DNA of 64,000 nucleotides from a virus (Duplodnaviria; Caudoviricetes): IMG/VR virus record IMGVR_UViG_2879905790_000001, positions 132,982 to 196,981 of that record; one strand, 5' to 3'. Shown piece by piece: positions 62,662 to 64,000 of this stretch (position 1 is its first letter; each line of letters starts with the position of its first letter). The notes under the pieces were generated by a model. It saw only the letters and a program-made list of their open reading frames with translations, ran no database searches and was not told where the DNA came from. The position numbers and the translations under genes were made by a program.

Positions 62662-63111
62662 ATGAATAAAAAATTAATAGGTTGTATAAATACTTTAACA
62701 TGGAAAACAATTAAGACAAGATGGTTTTATTTAGATAAAGAAAATAATATATGTAAAGATGTTACAAAAGAATTAACTTTAACTATAGATAAGTTTAATA
62801 ATAATCAAAATTTAAAATCAAAACAAACAAATAGTTATTTTGTTAATATACCATTTAAATATAAAGATGGTTTAACAGAGTATAGTTTTGGTTGTGGTTT
62901 ATCTCACTATTTACAAGAAAATTTATTCAAAGATTTATCAAATGCAAATAAAAATATTTTAAGTTTTGATTTAATAGAATGTAAATTGGATATGTTTTGC
63001 CCAAAAGATATTAAACATATTTTAAAATGTGAAAATGCTTGGAGCATAAATATAGAAGAAGCATTGTTAAAAAATATAAAATCTTTTAATATATTAAAAG
63101 GAGTAGATTAA
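62662..63111 (+). CDS. Early hypothetical protein
   Basis: GGGAG RBS. Confidence 0.65.
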   Translation: MNKKLIGCINTLTWKTIKTRWFYLDKENNICKDVTKELTLTIDKFNNNQNLKSKQTNSYFVNIPFKYKDGLTEYSFGCGLSHYLQENLFKDLSNANKNILSFDLIECKLDMFCPKDIKHILKCENAWSINIEEALLKNIKSFNILKGVD

Positions 63112-63290
63112 AATGTTTAAATGGTATGAAAATTATAAAGGTGGTATAAATAATTTAGCAGTTGTAAAAAGCTTTAATGTTACAACAACAAGTATTAAAG
63201 GAATGGATATAGCTATTAAAAACCATAATAGGAAATTAAAAAAATTAGGAATAAATATAAAATAATTTAATTAAATGGAGTTGTTAAAAT

Positions 63291-63497
63291 ATGAATGATA
63301 TAGGATATTTAAAAGAAAATTTCAAGGATTCAATTAGTTATAATAATATAATAACTGCGACTAAAGAAGAATTAAAAAATCTATTGCATTACTATGAAAT
63401 TGCAATAGAATATCATAATAAAGAAAACAATCCAAACCAAATCAAATTTTTTACAGAAGGATTAGAGCTAATCAAAAAGAGATTAAAGTCAAAATAA
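63291..63497 (+). CDS. Small early hypothetical protein
   Basis: GGAG RBS. Confidence 0.6.
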   Translation: MNDIGYLKENFKDSISYNNIITATKEELKNLLHYYEIAIEYHNKENNPNQIKFFTEGLELIKKRLKSK

Positions 63498-64000
63498 TAA
63501 TTTAAAAATTATTTGGATAAATATGTCCAAATCTAAAAAAGGGATAAATTCATATAAAATAATAGAAAATTGGGATTTAAATGTTGTTTTTGATGTGATA
63601 GAAATAAACAACGACGATTTACTTGAAAGTGTAATAAAAATTACTAACATAGAATTAGTATAGTAGATTTAAATCTACTATACTGTAAAATACAACTTTT
63701 ATATTAACTATGTGAGATAGTCTTAATGAGGCTAAAAAAACATAGAAGTGTTGAAAAATGTTAAATGATCCAGAAGAAATTAAAGAAATTGATTTTGAAA
63801 AAATAAAAACTGAAGAAGAATTTAAAAATATTCTCGATATATCACCTAAAGAGTGGGAAAAAATAATGCTTTATTCCCAAGAAAGTACAGACGAGAATAC
63901 TCCAGATGTTTTTGCAGATATTCGTATATACATTAGTATTATGGACAAAGAAGGATACGAGGAAGTATTTAATTTCGATTTAGTATACAATATTAAAAAT

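Overview
Very AT-rich DNA from a large temperate Clostridium-type phage or phage-plasmid with SPbeta-like / c-st-like organisation. Taxon is inferred from composition and gene content. On the minus strand, from about 50 kb leftwards, lie: Rep-like, ParB-like and UvrD helicase genes; a YonO-like single-subunit RNA polymerase; HU, PIN-PhoH, tRNA-Trp and BRO genes; terminase, portal, protease, capsid, head-tail and tail genes. Next comes a toxin-antitoxin-rich accessory island (type III CptIN, HicAB, GNAT and a run of orphan antitoxin-like peptides). Last is a tape-measure/lysin gene split by three group I introns: one empty, one carrying an endonuclease, one an IS605-type IStron running off the left edge. 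The 49-57 kb region holds a TubZRC+TubY partition system and an FtsK / replication-relaxation / SpoIIIAC-like module. A long G-poor non-coding tract follows, then a plus-strand early region of small genes. The most unusual signals are: (i) a coiled-coil gene flanked by two candidate structured RNAs, one holding a heptamer-repeat track inside long-range stems; (ii) a cassette-like array of antitoxin-like peptides with shared N-terminal leaders; (iii) a 14-bp asymmetric motif seen at least 20 times, always co-oriented with transcription. All calls are by eye; no database searches or folding programs were run.
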